Part shown: positions 38,810 through 51,739 of the stretch, in pieces
Layout: each line of letters begins with the position of its first letter
Position numbering within the stretch: the stretch's first letter is position 1
Assembly (NCBI GenBank): GCA_013265495.1
Contig: MU058065.1
Location: 2,023,003-2,087,002 of the forward strand
Direction: 5' to 3'
DNA length: 64,000 nucleotides
Source of the DNA: Vicugna vicugna
Taxonomy: Eukaryota
Made by a program: the position numbers and the translations under genes
The notes under the pieces: generated by a model
Told to the model about the DNA's origin: nothing
Database searches by the model: none
Seen by the model: the letters and a program-made list of their open reading frames with translations, nothing else

Positions 38810-38939
38810 ATGTGTTTTATAGTTTAAGAGAGTTCATCAGGTTCTTTTTTTGTGATGTTTAGAAGCATTAACCACCCCAATACATAAGAAATTTATACAA
38901 GAGAATCAGGTGCACAGCCTAACTACGTTGTATTTCTTG

Positions 38940-38953
38940 GTTGCCATAGAAAC
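38940..38953. promoter_or_regulatory. RFX X-box
   Basis: GTTGCCATAGAAAC (reverse complement GTTTCTATGGCAAC), close to the palindromic RFX consensus GTTGCCATGGCAAC. Confidence 0.45.
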
Positions 38954-40715
38954 AGACAGCATATAGACTGGATTTCCTAGGACAATGTCAATTTCATGTA
39001 ATGTTTATTATTTTTAATAAAGTCCATTCATGAAATGTACATGCGTGTTTTGATTAAATCATTTTGTTAGCCATCTGTGTGTGTGTGTGTGTGTGTATTT
39101 GATTAGGAAAACAATTTGGCCCCAGATGCTCCCTTATACATTCCTTGTACCAGGACATTTTGCCACAGACATCCTGTGACCACATCAGCTAATCAGGGAA
39201 GAATTCTTGAAACATACTAGAATCCCTGGGAAATACTGGATCACTATCTCCTTGGGGTTTGGAGAATGGTACATGTCTCTTGTATACTGACAATGATACC
39301 ACTGGGGACATTTCATTAAAATTCTGTCCAGACCCGTTTATTTTCAGTTCTTCTGAAAATACACTCAATTAATCAAGATGCTATGAATTTTTCTATTTTT
39401 AGAAAGTTATATTTTTATAGCACATCTTCTTTTACAGAGAGCAATACTGTTATTGTTAAACCACACTTACTCAAAATTCAAGATTTAAGAGAAATCTTTT
39501 AAAAACATACACGTAAACACATTATTGGATTATTTTGCAGCACTCCTTAAAGATGGATTTTGTCCACTCACATTTGTCAAGTTGTATCCTAAAAATAAGT
39601 CATCTTTACTTGACCTTCTGAGCTGAGGCAGCTGTTTGGTGGCTTGCCATTGCTCCCAGGAGGGAGGCGGGCTTGGGTGTCTGGTTTACAGACTCCGCCT
39701 GGGGTCATCATCATGGGCCTCTCTCCCCTCATTTCATACCAGTTCTCCTCGATTTCTGCCTTCCAGCCACACTGTCTTTTTCAGTCCCTCGTGCCTTCCA
39801 AACTTTTCCGGCCTCAGAACTTGTGTCTTTGCTATTATTATTGCCTGGATGGTTTCCCGCTGGCCTTTGTGACCCCTCTGAGATCTTAACTCAAACATGT
39901 CTTGCTCAGGGAAGCCTTACATGACCAACCTTACTAGATACAATCCCCACTCAGATAATCCAGAATCCTTAAGTCCACCTACAACCTTATTCTCTTTTAC
40001 CAGATAATCTAATACACTCATAGTTTCCAGAGATTACGATGTGGTATCTTTAGGGACATTATTTTGCTTGCCTAACACGGGTTCCTTGTATGTGTGGGGT
40101 CCTGCCCACAGAGGTAACTTAAGCAAGAAAGGGTCTTTTCCACTCCTAGAGATACATCATCCCCATTTCTACTTCTCAGTCTTTCACTTTATTGCCAGGC
40201 TGGGTAACAGGACTACTTACACGCCTCTCTAATTTATTATGTGACAATATGTGTTCTAGGGAAAAAATCTTAGATGGACAGTGAAAGAGAAAGATGTAAT
40301 TTTACATGAGCCAGTTGATTTTTTTGGACCTCAATTTTACTATTTCTGAAATGTAAGGATGGAATGAAATATTCTATAAGGTGTGTTGAGGTCTAGATCT
40401 TAGGAAGATTCAAACAGTGTCAAAATAAGATTTTTATAAGGTTTATGATTTAGCCATCTTGAGAGTTTTAAATTTCATTGTTTTTGACAGCTGGAAACTT
40501 AAAAAAATGTTAACTGTCTCCATGACTTTCGATTTTTGCCTCACTCTTGTTACAGACTAATTCATAGAGAGGTTTGGTAAATTAAGTGAGCATACTTGGA
40601 ATCTAATTTTTTTAATGCTCATATAAGCTTCTAATCTTTGTAAGACTTTGGAAAACCCATGAAACACAAGATACTGAGTTTTTTTAGTATCTCTAAGATC
40701 TTTTTTTTTTTTCAG

Positions 40716-40875
40716 CCTGAAATCAGCTGGTTCTTTGACAAATACAGAGTCTTGGATCAGCTCACAGACCCTCCCTCGACTAAGCCTTAGATTAAAGGGA
40801 CTGACTTTACCACAGCTAGGCTCCCAAGGGTGGCACCGATTTTGCACCTCTTAAAGGATTCATCAGATTCTCAAG
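40716..40875 (+). pseudogene. Exon, DH-PH linker: PEISWFFDKYRVLDQLTDPPSTKP*IKGTDFTTARLPRVAPILHLLKDSSDSQ
   Basis: Acceptor (t)12cag, donor AG|gttaag; phase 0 to 1; TAG at 40788. The W..F.KYR.L....PP pattern resembles the PLEKHG7 linker as recalled. Confidence 0.6.
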
Positions 40876-41959
40876 GTTAAGTGCCTTCTGCCCACCACTA
40901 GGTTTCAAAAAACCTGAAGATTTTATTCTTTGATGTTTCTCTTACAGAACCTTTGAACATTAAGAGGTGCTTGACAAGATTTATTGAATGAACATATTTA
41001 TTCTAAATAGTATTTTAGGGAAAGCTGGAGGTAACAAAGAGGCACTTAATCTCAACTCACGGTAGTAAATAGAGGTCACAGCTAATGTTCAACAGCTGAT
41101 CAGTGCTCTCCGGTGGACAAAGTGAATGATAATACCATTAGGGGTTGGTCCAGCCTATAATTTAGTAAATTAAACAGTTCACCACTTTAAGGTCAAAGAG
41201 AGGAAGCCCTTTTAGGTTAAATGTCCCGGGGAATTTCTTCTGTGCACACATCACTGTTAAACCACTGTTAAGCGTTTTCCCACCTGGAGGCTTTGTTCCT
41301 TCTCTGGAATACTCCCCCCCCCAAATCTTTCAGGCTGGCTTCAGGTCAGATGCCAATTTGCATTCAGATCGAGTATCACTTTATAAGAGACACGCTCACT
41401 GCCCCACGTAGAGCAGTTCCAGTACATGTGATAATCGCTTTTTAATGTTTTGTTTAATTAATGCACACAGCCAAGCATGGGACAAAGAAGTCATCCACGC
41501 CCTGGATGCCAAAGGCAAGCTGAGAACCATTTTTACAATGGTGTGGGTGCTGGAGCTCCCTCTGATCTCACCACGCTCTCTCCTTCTGCTCCCTCTCCAT
41601 TCAAGTGAAAATGTGGAGCTCCTGGTTCAGAAATCAGGAAAACAGCATTTCTTTTTCCCTGATGGTCCTTCTCGATCAGTCACTGTGTTTTTTTGTTCTC
41701 TATTTAACGTGACCCTTCTGTACTAGGATACTCACGGAGTGAGTGTGGATCTCCCGAGAGCCTAGGGTGAATGCCCAATCCCATCACGCTGGTACCCAAG
41801 CTCAGGACCCTGCGGAGCGAGGGAAGAGGAAAGAAGGACCTGGCACCTGGCCCCTGGAGGGACCAGGAGGCAGGATGAGCCTGAGTGGAGGCTCCAGGCC
41901 CTGTGATTGCTCTCACGGGACTTCAACCAAAGATAAGATTACCAAGCATTTTAAGACAG

Positions 41960-42955
41960 GTGCAGCAGCAGTAGTGTTCCACTGTATGAATTTGTTTATC
42001 CATCCTTTCGTTGCTTCCAGTTTTCTGCTGTTGCCAATAAAGCCGCTATGAATATTCATGGAACAGTCTGTGTATAGATATATGCTTTCATTTGTCTTGG
42101 GAAAGTACCCAAGAAGTGGGCTAGCTGGATCACATGGTATGTATATGTTTTACTTTTTAAGAAATTGCCAAACCGTTCTCCAACATGGTTGAACCATTTT
42201 ACCTTCTCACTAGCGGTGAGTGAGTGTTCCAGGGTTGCTCCACATCTTTGCCAACGCTTGATATTTTGAAAGTAGTGTTGTTTCTAATGTGCATGGAGTA
42301 GTATCTCATTGTGGTTCTAATTTGCATACCCCTAATGACTGGGGGTTCTAAGCGTCTTTTAATGTGTCCTTTCACCATCCATACATCTTCTTTAGTAAGT
42401 ATCTGTTCAAATCTTCTGCCCATTTGCTTCACTGGGTTTTTCTTCTTATTAAAGTTTATTAGAGTTCTAAGAAATCTTTGCCTAACCCTAGGTCATAAAG
42501 ATTTTCTCCTATGTTTCTTCTAGAAGTTTTATTATTTTTTTTTTAGGATTTTTTTTCACATCAAACATTCTTTTATTTATTTATTTATCTAATTATCTAT
42601 CTATCTATCTACCTATTTATTTATTTAATTGAAGTACAGTCAGTTACAATGTGTCAATTTCTGGTGTACAGCACAGTGTCCCAGTCATGCATATACATAC
42701 GTATATTCGTTTTCCTATTTTTCCATTACAGGTTATTATAAGATAAGATACACAGTTCTCTGTGCTATATAAAAGAAACTTTTTTTCAAATCTATTTTTG
42801 TATATTGTGGCTAACATTTGTAAGTGTTCTACTCCTAAATTTATCCCCTCCCCCCCTCTTCTAGAAGCTTTATGACATTAGGTTTTGCATTTACGTCCAT
42901 GATCTATTTTGAATTTAGTTTTGCAGATAATGCAAGACATGGATTGAAGTTCTAC
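41960..42955 (-). mobile_element. Old L1 (L1MB/MC-like) ORF2-end fragment, interrupted by a young L1
   Basis: ORF track 42199-42432 gives L1 ORF2-like IRGMQIRTTMRYY..VGKDVEQ. Confidence 0.8.
42533..42856 (-). mobile_element. Young L1 3' end insertion
   Basis: Same 3'UTR as the 35.5 kb copy (attgaagtacagtca..); TSD tcttctagaag(t/c)tttat at 42516-42532 and 42857-42873. Confidence 0.88.
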
Positions 42956-42974
42956 ACGGGAAACAAAGAGCCCT

Positions 42975-43375
42975 GGAAATAGTAACTATGAGAGTAAAAG
43001 GACTTTTATTATCTTAATTTCTTATTTAAAAGCATAGACAATAACAGTGTAGTATGGTGTTTAAAATATAAGTAGAACTAAATTTATGACAACCATAGCA
43101 TGAAGACTGGGAGGGGAGACATGAAAGTTTTTTTAAAGTCCTTATTCGATACATGAAAGTCACTTCCAGGTAGACTGTGATAAATTAAAGCAGACACTCT
43201 GAACCCTAGAGAAACCATTAAATACCGGTACAGAGAGTTATAGCTAGTTTGCCAGCAAGAGGTTCAAAGCAGACAGAAAAGAGGAAAAAGAGAACAAAGA
43301 ACAGATGGAACAAATGGAAAAGGAACAAGATGTAGCTTTAAATGCAATCACACCAGGCATCACATTAAGTATAAG
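42975..43375 (+). mobile_element. Old L1 inter-ORF fragment
   Basis: gtagactgtgataaattaaag..ccctagagaaaccattaaa..agaacaaagaacagatggaacaaat. Confidence 0.55.
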
Positions 43376-45121
43376 CAACAATGTCTTTTATCCCCTGATC
43401 TTGAATATTCATCATTAACATGTGGGATGGAAGGATGTGGGGATGCGGGTAGAGATGGTCTGTTGGAGTTGGTAGAAGTTTTCTTTTGATTCTTTAAATT
43501 TTCTCAGTAAAGTTGGATGTGAGATCATTAGCTAAGAAAGTGTAATTCGCTCTCTCCCTTCAAGCTGAGCATCACCGTGAATTGACTTTTATTTTCTTAA
43601 TTTGGTCCTGAACAGGTGAGGCATAGAAAAGAAATCCCAGGCAAATAGTAAACTGATTCTAATTAAACAGAAAAATAGAGTGCTAACATTTGTTTTTGAT
43701 TGCCTTAAATCTAAAGGGAAAAAAAAATTTATCACAGCTACGAATCTGCACCCAGTGCAACTCCAACCTCCGTCCAGAATACTTCCTTGGAGTTAATATT
43801 AAGGGGTAGTTCCATTGAGACTTTTGCAGCTGCAAAGACAATGACATCACAAAAGCAATGCCCCCGGCAGCTTTGAGGCTTATGTGTGTCTGTCCGCGTC
43901 CAGTGTTATCATTTCCCACTAACCCGTCAACAAATACTTGAATTCTAACCATGCAAAGTGACAATGCTGAAAAGGCCCACAGACACCTTGGAAGCATCCC
44001 CCAGTGTAGAAACATAAATATTTTCCTGTAGTTGTCCCTTGACAAGTCCTAACACCGCACTCTTAAGGAATGGAGAGCAGCCTGGAATCAGATCTCTGAG
44101 GAAGGGTGTACAATTAGTGAGCAAACCACCGCCTCACTGATGCTCGTCAGTTATGATGAGTCAGATTTGGTTTTCAGTTACACCGGAGAAGGCCTTGGTA
44201 CATTTGGAGCAGAAGTAATTTAACCCATAATTTAGCTATATGAATATTTGCAGTTTGCAAATGGAAAGGAGACATTCTCATGTGGGAGATGAAGTTTGCT
44301 TCTGAAGACACAATTTCTTTTAATTAGGATCCCATCATTTAGGAAAGAAACATAAGTAGGGATGTCTCCTGACTTTATTAATCTTAAAAATTCTCCATCT
44401 ACCACCTTTTGATCTACATAGAGAGGGCACAATTCAGTTAGCCTAAAACCTGCTTAATTCTAGTCCTCTGTGCCCTAAAATTAAGACCGTAAACACCTTA
44501 GAGTTTAGGTAATGACTGTGTCTGCGTGTTTGTGTGTATGCATGATTTTTTTAGGGAGCACCAGCAAGACATATTTAATAAATGAATGTCTGCTTCTCAA
44601 CTGCCATGTGTGGCTGTGATAATAAATCCGCTGCTACCTGTGACGCGAAGGGGCCCAGGGATCACGGAGAGTTGGCTAAGGCATTAAGAAATACGTGCCA
44701 CCTCTCAGTTTCTACCCATTAAAGTGAGCCAGCTTCTGATAAATTACAGTCCGAGAAGGTCCAGCAAGGTAAACCATCCCGGGGTGAATGACTGAGAAGC
44801 TGGCCGTGGGGCCACTTGGTTCATTTCTCCCCCATGGGAAAGATGTAGCGGCTAGTTTCCGGCCCAGCAATTTTCTTAGGTGGACGAGGGATGCACAGAG
44901 GGAAGAGGAGCGATCCTTCCTCTGGAAGAACAGTTGTGCAGGAAAGAAGCACCTAGCCAGACCTGCCCTTGAAGTGGCCCATGACCGCGGTTAACTGTCT
45001 GTCCCACATGTGGGGAAAGTAGTTAACCGACATTGCTTGAATTCAGTGGAAAGCATCGCTTGACATCTTGGACGGCTAGACCTGGTTCCGTAGGGCTGTG
45101 CAAATTTCCAGTGGTGTGACA

Positions 45122-45312
45122 GTGATAGCTAATATTTGTGCCCGGCTGTGTTCTGGGCCTTACATGTTTTCATGTGTTTAGTCTCCACACACAGCAACCC
45201 TAGGAGGCAGGTTACAACTCCCATTTTACCGATGGGGCGCTGAGGCCCAGAGAGGTTAAATAGTTTGCATGAGATCACGCAGCTGCTAAGGGGCAAAGCC
45301 AGGATTTGCTCA
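45122..45312 (-). mobile_element. MIR SINE
   Basis: cccattttaccgatggggcgctgaggcccagagaggttaaatagtttgc. Confidence 0.75.
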
Positions 45313-46339
45313 TAGGGCACACAAGACAGGTGATGCTCGTGTCAGGAATATAGCTGATGATTGTGTAGCCTGCATTTTACACATGTGGGACTCCATTTAA
45401 GGCGTTACAGAAATTTTTTCACTCTATTTTCAATTTGGCTAGTGTTTTAATGAGTCATATTATCTTGACTCAATGGTTTCTATTAATAAGACTAAAAAAA
45501 TATTTTCTTAAAATAAACTTAAATAGGCCTTATTTATTAGAGTATGATATATGGTCATTATAATTTCAAGAATAATTTCATGTGAACAATAACAGTATTG
45601 CAAATCTTATTGGCCTCATTTCTTTGTCTCTCATTTATCTATTTTTAATTAGAGTCATCCCACAAGGAATTTTCATAGCATAATTTTCACACCCTTAAAA
45701 TACAGAAGAATAAGTACTACCCATAGTTTATTCTTCTATCTTTGGCTTTCTTCCTCAGTGTAAATTTATTCATGGTGAGGAGGATTAGAAAAAAAAAGCA
45801 GATATAAATGTAATATCACACCCCAGTAAACAAGGACTACTCTCTCCCTTTAAGCACCAGCATGGAAGCTCATTAAAGTCATGTCATACAGATGACTTTG
45901 AATTTTACCTAATTAATAGCAAACATAAATGATTCACAAGATTCTGTCTTGTGTTATTAATCACAAAGCACATACCTTGTACAACTTATTTTTTATACTA
46001 CTGTGGATAAGACCTTCTGAAATATCATTGCTAAGTTGTGTGTTGCATGAGCTTGGATTATCATTAATATTTGTAAACTGATTTTTGCATCCAGCAAGTT
46101 TGCTAAATTCTCCTATCAATAGCTTTGGGTTTTCTATGCACACAGTCCTACCATCTGTTACTTACGCCAGTCTCTCCTTTTCTAATTTCTGTTCCCCATG
46201 AGTGGACATAAGGATTCCCCTCGGTACTTTTTCAGGTTCTAAAAAGGCAGCAGTGTTCCTGCATCTGTGGGAGCTTCCCCTCTAGATGGTGAAACAAGAG
46301 AGAAACATGCAAGAAAAGTATCAGATGGGGCTGAACAGA

Positions 46340-46620
46340 AACCCTGGGAGAGCACTGTGGTAGAGGATGGCTACCACAGGGAAGACTTGCCAGAGGAGGT
46401 GGCCTTTGAGCAGCAGTCTGTGGAGCATGCTGAGCTCAGGAGGAGGGGTGCTCCTGGCAGAGGGAGCAGCCTATGCAAAGGGTCTAAATATTGGGAATAA
46501 ATTCTGAGTGCTCCGTGGACAGAAGAAAGTCCTGTGACTTGAGTGTGACTGGCAAGGAGCCAGTGGGATATAATGAGGTTCCAGGGTTGGCCAACCAGGG
46601 TGAGGAACTGGTTTTTACTC
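46340..46620 (-). mobile_element. L2 fragment
   Basis: cagggaagacttgccagaggaggtggcctttgagc..ggcagagggagcagcctatgcaaagg. Confidence 0.6.
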
Positions 46621-47883
46621 ACAACTTTGCTGGATGACTGACCGGACTGTTTTTGCAAAGAAAATAGAATCTGATTTATAATAAACAACTGAATAGGTAA
46701 ATAAACAAGATATTTTCAGACCAAAACATGAACTCTTTAACAAGTAAATAAGCAAGATACAGAGGATGAGACAAATCTTTTAACAAGTAAAAATATGTAA
46801 ATGAACACAATGCTTCTGGAATATCACCCACAGCCATCAGTTAATAGAATACTCCCGTTATATCTTGAGTGGGTCTTTCTCAGCCTCTTCCCTGCCCCCC
46901 ACCCCATACTTAGCTTCCTTTCTCAGATCTCTGCTTTGTTGATAGATGTCACTTCCCAACACAGGGTGCCATCCTTCTGCCCTTTCTATAGGATGACATT
47001 CTGTGCAAGGTACGCATTTTTAAGGACTTCAGCCATGAATCTCACTCATCAATTTTTTAGGACACCTGTGAGATTTTTATTTGTTTATTTTACTGTGGAA
47101 AAATTCTGATTTCTCTTACTGTACCAGCTACATTGCATTCAGCTAATAAAAACAGGTGAGGAAGAGGGGAGGATGGGTGGGGGGAAAGGTTGAGTATTCC
47201 AGGAGAGTGAAGAGCTTAGTTTGGAGGCGTGCATTCAGAGAAGGGGAAAGGCAGGGAGCTGGATGGGCAAAGAAAGTAGTCTGGAACGAGGCTGGAGAGG
47301 CACGCAGGTGCCAGAGCATGAAGGACCTCGCGGGTCATGGAAAGGGTATAGATTTTGTTCCAGGAGAAAATGGATTTGTAGAGAGGGTAGGTATATAAAA
47401 GATAATCTTATTTATGGAGAGGAAAATGAAAGTGTATTTAATCAAAGGAAGAATATGTAGCCCCAAATTTTCATCTAGGAAAAAAAAAAAGATACTTTTT
47501 TCCTATTCTGGTATTGATTCATTTGGTCTCCAATTAATTATCTTACTTTAGATCCATTATTTAAAGGAAAGTGGTGTTAAGGCTTGGGCTCAGCTGAGGT
47601 TTGCTAGTCTGTCATCCCAGTTTAGAACATGCTGGAAAAAAAAATTTGTGAGTGAGCTCAGGGAGAAACTGGAGGCCATTAAGACTTAGAGCAGTGATCC
47701 GGAAGGATGCCATGGGTGGAAAGGGGCTGGTGACCGCAAGCCAAAATTCTAAGCAGGCACAGACAATCTCCTGCAGGTGAGGGAAGGGTCTCTGAAGTTC
47801 ACAACTCAGTGCTGCCGGGAGACAGTGGGCTGACTGAGCCTCAGCCAGAAAGAGAGAGACGGAGCAGCAGCCAGCCCCTTAGG

Positions 47884-48155
47884 ACAGCATTGTCCAACCT
47901 AAATATAACACAAGGCACATGTACAACTAAATTTTTTTCCAATAGTCACATTCAAAAATAGAAAGAAGAAAGAAAGGCCATTAAATTTCATAATGCATTT
48001 CATTTAACGCATTATAGCTGAAATAGGATCATCTCAACATACAACTGATACGATGTATTTTACATTCTTTTTTTTCCCTACCAAATCCAAAGCATTTATA
48101 GCACGTTTCATTTCACACCAGCCACATTTCAGGTGCTTGATAGTCACCACGCAGC
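47884..48155. mobile_element. MER33/MER3-like DNA transposon
   Basis: cagcattgtccaac..tagtcacatt..agccacatttcaggtgcttgatagtcac. Confidence 0.65.
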
Positions 48156-48587
48156 CTGAGGAAGTAGGGGCTGGGTTTAAGCAGCCGGTTGGGGTCCGAG
48201 GGCAGACTTCTCTCTGCAGAAGCCACACTGTGGTTTGCAATAAAGGGAGCTCGTCAGGGGGTAAAAACGGCTAGTTCTCGACTATGTTCATTAGAAAAAG
48301 CTCCAGGTCATGCCTCTTGTGGAGCTCTAAGCCACTTAGCTGTTCACCATCCCCGGTGGAACACTTTGTGTAGATTTGAGCTTGTTCTAGATGCCGTGGT
48401 CCTGTGTCGGTTAAGTCAAGGGCAAATATATCAAGCCAAGCATCCCTGAGTCTCCCTAGACTTCAGTCAAAATTCATTCACTAATTTGATTACATCGAAA
48501 AATGTAAGCTTCAACAAGAAAAGGATGTCATATATGTATAATAATTTATGCCCATGATAATAAGCACTCTCAACCCATTTTTTGTAG

Positions 48588-48660
48588 TATTTAACCTTTG
48601 CAAATTCCCTCTGAATTATCTGTTTTATGGGAGAGCCGCACCGCCCTGAGTCGGGGAAAG
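48588..48660 (+). pseudogene. Exon, PH start: (V)FNLCKFPLNYLFYGRAAPP*VGE
   Basis: Acceptor ttttttgtag; donor AG|gtcgtt, or gttagt 3 nt downstream in the same phase; phase 1 to 2; TGA at 48647. Confidence 0.5.
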
Positions 48661-49025
48661 GTCGTTAGTAACACCTGCCAAAGCGCACGTTATCCTCTCT
48701 CTTTAGCTATCTTTTGTCTTCATTTTTCTGTTTTAGTTCTTTATGGGAGTTTACAAGCCTTTAGATTAAGAACTCAAGGACTTTATTTCCTGAAGGGGTC
48801 AAAGAATAAGACAATAAATCTTGAATGTGAGCCAGACATTAAGAGAAAAGAGAGTTCCTGGTGTGCCAGATCACCTCACCCCTCGCAACAGGCTGCCTCT
48901 AATCTGATATCTTTAGGACAAACAGCCAAGCCCTCAAGTTATTATAATAAATCTCATTTTGAGATTCATTTATAAGTCAATCTTTCAAATTTCCTTGTGG
49001 GAAATCACCAGAATTCTCTTTGCAG

Positions 49026-49160
49026 CTTCCTTCTTTCTCTTGAGCAAGGAAACCAGAGAACTCAACGTAGCAATTCTTTTGTGAGAGAGATTTATGCCAA
49101 AGTTCAGCTATTCCTTGGTGATGCTCATATGAAGTCAACCATCAGAAGTGAATCAAACAT
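49026..49160 (+). pseudogene. Exon, PH beta2-like: FLLSLEQGNQRTQRSNSFVREIYAKVQLFLGDAHMKSTIRSESN
   Basis: Acceptor ttctctttgcag, donor AT|gtaaac; open frame of 135 nt. VQLFLGD resembles the V(Y/H)LFLF.D strand of GEF PH domains. Confidence 0.5.
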
Positions 49161-49416
49161 GTAAACACCTTTCACAGGAATAATATCACGTTAATCCTAA
49201 AAGTAACAGCTGTCTCTGCTGGGAGGGCTTGATATCTGGATGTATGTAGACTCAGTGTCAAGAGAACATGTCCAAAACTTCTAGTAGAAGCACTGTTCTT
49301 CCACTTAATTAAAATAGTAGCTAACACTTATATAAGGCTTACCGTGTGCCAAGGACTGTTCTAAACCCTTTTTAATATATTAAGTCATTTAATTTTCAAA
49401 CAACTCTATGAGATAG

Positions 49417-50259
49417 TGTGAAAGAACAGGAAATATATATATAAAATGTTGGTCTCTGCCCCCAGTTTCTCGCATAGAGCTCCCTAAACCCTTATAACCT
49501 CCTAAGTGATAAGAACACTAGGAGTATCTCTTGTTCTAATGAGGCGACTCTGGGTGAGTTCCTATATTGCTTCTGGATGGAGACTGGTCACCAGAAAGAC
49601 CAAACCATGAATAGAAGCTTGACATTTTCAGCCTCCTTCCCACTTCTCTCGAGAGGGGACAGGGGCCGGAAATGGAGATAATAATTGATGGCACCCACGT
49701 GAGGAAGCCCTCACAGCTGGAAGACATGCCCCTGTAGCGGGAGGGGGATGTATCCCCAATTCTAGGGGGACAGAAGCTCCCGTGAGCAGAACCCTCCCAG
49801 ACCTCGCCCTGTGTATCTCTTCATCTCATTGCTCATCTGCATCCTTTGTCATACCCTGTTATAAACTGGCAAGTGCTAGTGTCTGCCTGAGTCTGTGAGC
49901 CGCTTTAGCAAAAAACTGAATCCAAGGAGGAGGAGGTAATGGGATCCTCCTATTTGTAGCCAAGCCAGACAGAAGTTGTGGGGAACCTGGGGACCTCCCA
50001 CCTGTGACTGGTGTCTGAGGTGGGCGGGAGCAGTCTCATGGGCCTGAGCCCTTCACCCGTGGGATCTGACACTACCTCCAGATAGATGGTGTCAAAATTG
50101 AGTTAAATTGTAGCTACCCAGCGGGTGTCACAGAATTGTTTGGTGCGGGGGAAAAAAAACCCATGCATTTGGTGAACCAGAAGGCTCAGAATTATAGTGA
50201 GTGTGATCGTAATGTGAGAGTAAAGGAGAAACAGGAGGAAAGACACTGTTTTTCCAACG
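49417..50259 (+). mobile_element. MER21-family LTR, copy 3, inserted in a MIR (49315-49416 and 50260-50350)
   Basis: ggagactggtcaccagaaagaccaaaccatg..ctgagcccttcacccgtgggatctgacacta; MIR core resumes after the LTR. Confidence 0.8.
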
Positions 50260-51739
50260 TAGGTAGATATTATGATTATTTTCATTCTACTGATGAATAA
50301 ACTGAGGCCTAAAGAGATTCAATGACTTTCCCAAGGTCATTCAGCTGCCCAGCCAGGCTTCCAGCCCAGGCAAGTGTGGCAGCCGGGCCAGTGGTGTTAA
50401 TCAGTCTTGGGCTCCAGGCACTTGAAAAAATGCTTCCAACTAAGCACTCAATTTCTTACCTTCCACTCTCCACATCCATAGGAACACTGGTGCCATTCAA
50501 AACCCTCCAATTCCATGCTGACATGGAACCTGGAGAGCATGTTGAGCTAACAGCCCTCCGAGACTAGAAACCCTGTGTTGGCTCCTTTTCTCTCCAGGAG
50601 GCCAGTGGGATTTGGGGATCTCAGGACATGTTTGTGGTGGGTAGTGACATTGATTAGAAGTTGGTGATGGTGGTGGTGATGGAAACTGGGATGAGAGGAC
50701 AATAGCAACCCCAGCTTTGCCATGAGAGAATTAGAGGGACCATGAGGGTGAATCAGAGACCAGAGATTTCTATATACAAGTGTAGCACCAACTGGAATCT
50801 GGGCTAACAAAGCCCTCATTTGTGTCCTGTTGTCCTGTGTCTGTGGTCTTGGAGTCCTAAAAGAAGACCACCAAAGCGAGGAAACAGACAAGGGAATTGT
50901 TCAGCAGAGGGCGGGATGGGAGTTTCTCAGCATCCCCGGTTCTCACTCAGGCTTCCACCCCTGAGGGCTTCTGCAGCCCTGGGGACCACAAGCCCAGCAT
51001 CTTCACCCTAGCAAAGTCAGTACAAGCCACTTATAAGCATCTTTCCCCCTTTTAGCCCTTGTTTAACTTTTCTACTGGAATGTCTCCATTCTACCAGGTG
51101 GGGGAAGGGTGTTGGTGACTAGGTTTCTTGCTAAGAGATGCTGTCAGGTAACCCCCGGGATTCTGGGTCAAAGACCCATGCCTGGGGGTCTGCTGACATG
51201 AGTCAGCCATGGCCCATGCTTCTCTGTGGTCCCTGCCACTGCTGTTCTCTTCTGGTGCCACTGAAATTCTTTGTTGACAGATTCAGTTCGTCCCACCATC
51301 CTCAGGGAAGCACCCTACTGATGGTTGATTCCAGCCAATGCTTGACCCTTTTAGCAATAAGGGGCATGTCTGGTCACAAGTAATAATGACCAGGACAGGC
51401 AGTGACAGGTGGGGGATGACATGAGCCTGAGGTCTCGTGCTTTGGAGATCTACAGGATGCAGAAAGAATGGGGGATGTTATCTGCATGTCCAAGGTTTGC
51501 GCTAGGCATTTGATAGCATATTGAGCTTCTAACAACTGAAAAAAATTTTATTTTGGTTATGGAACATTTAAGGTATAAAGATAACCATGTGTGTACCTCT
51601 TGGATTTAACTATTAAGTCCTTTTTGTCATACTTGTTAACATCTCTTCTGTGGTCTTTCCAGTATCTGTACTTTAAGTCCTTGAAGGTGTTGCTTGGGGA
51701 CATCTGATTAAAGCCCAAATGCTATTATTTAAAAATCAA

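Noticed and set aside
48737..48798. Extra exon (VLYGSLQAF.. frame) between 48660 and 49026
   Set aside because: Good acceptor but weak donor and incompatible phase; the frame inherited from the previous exon has a stop.
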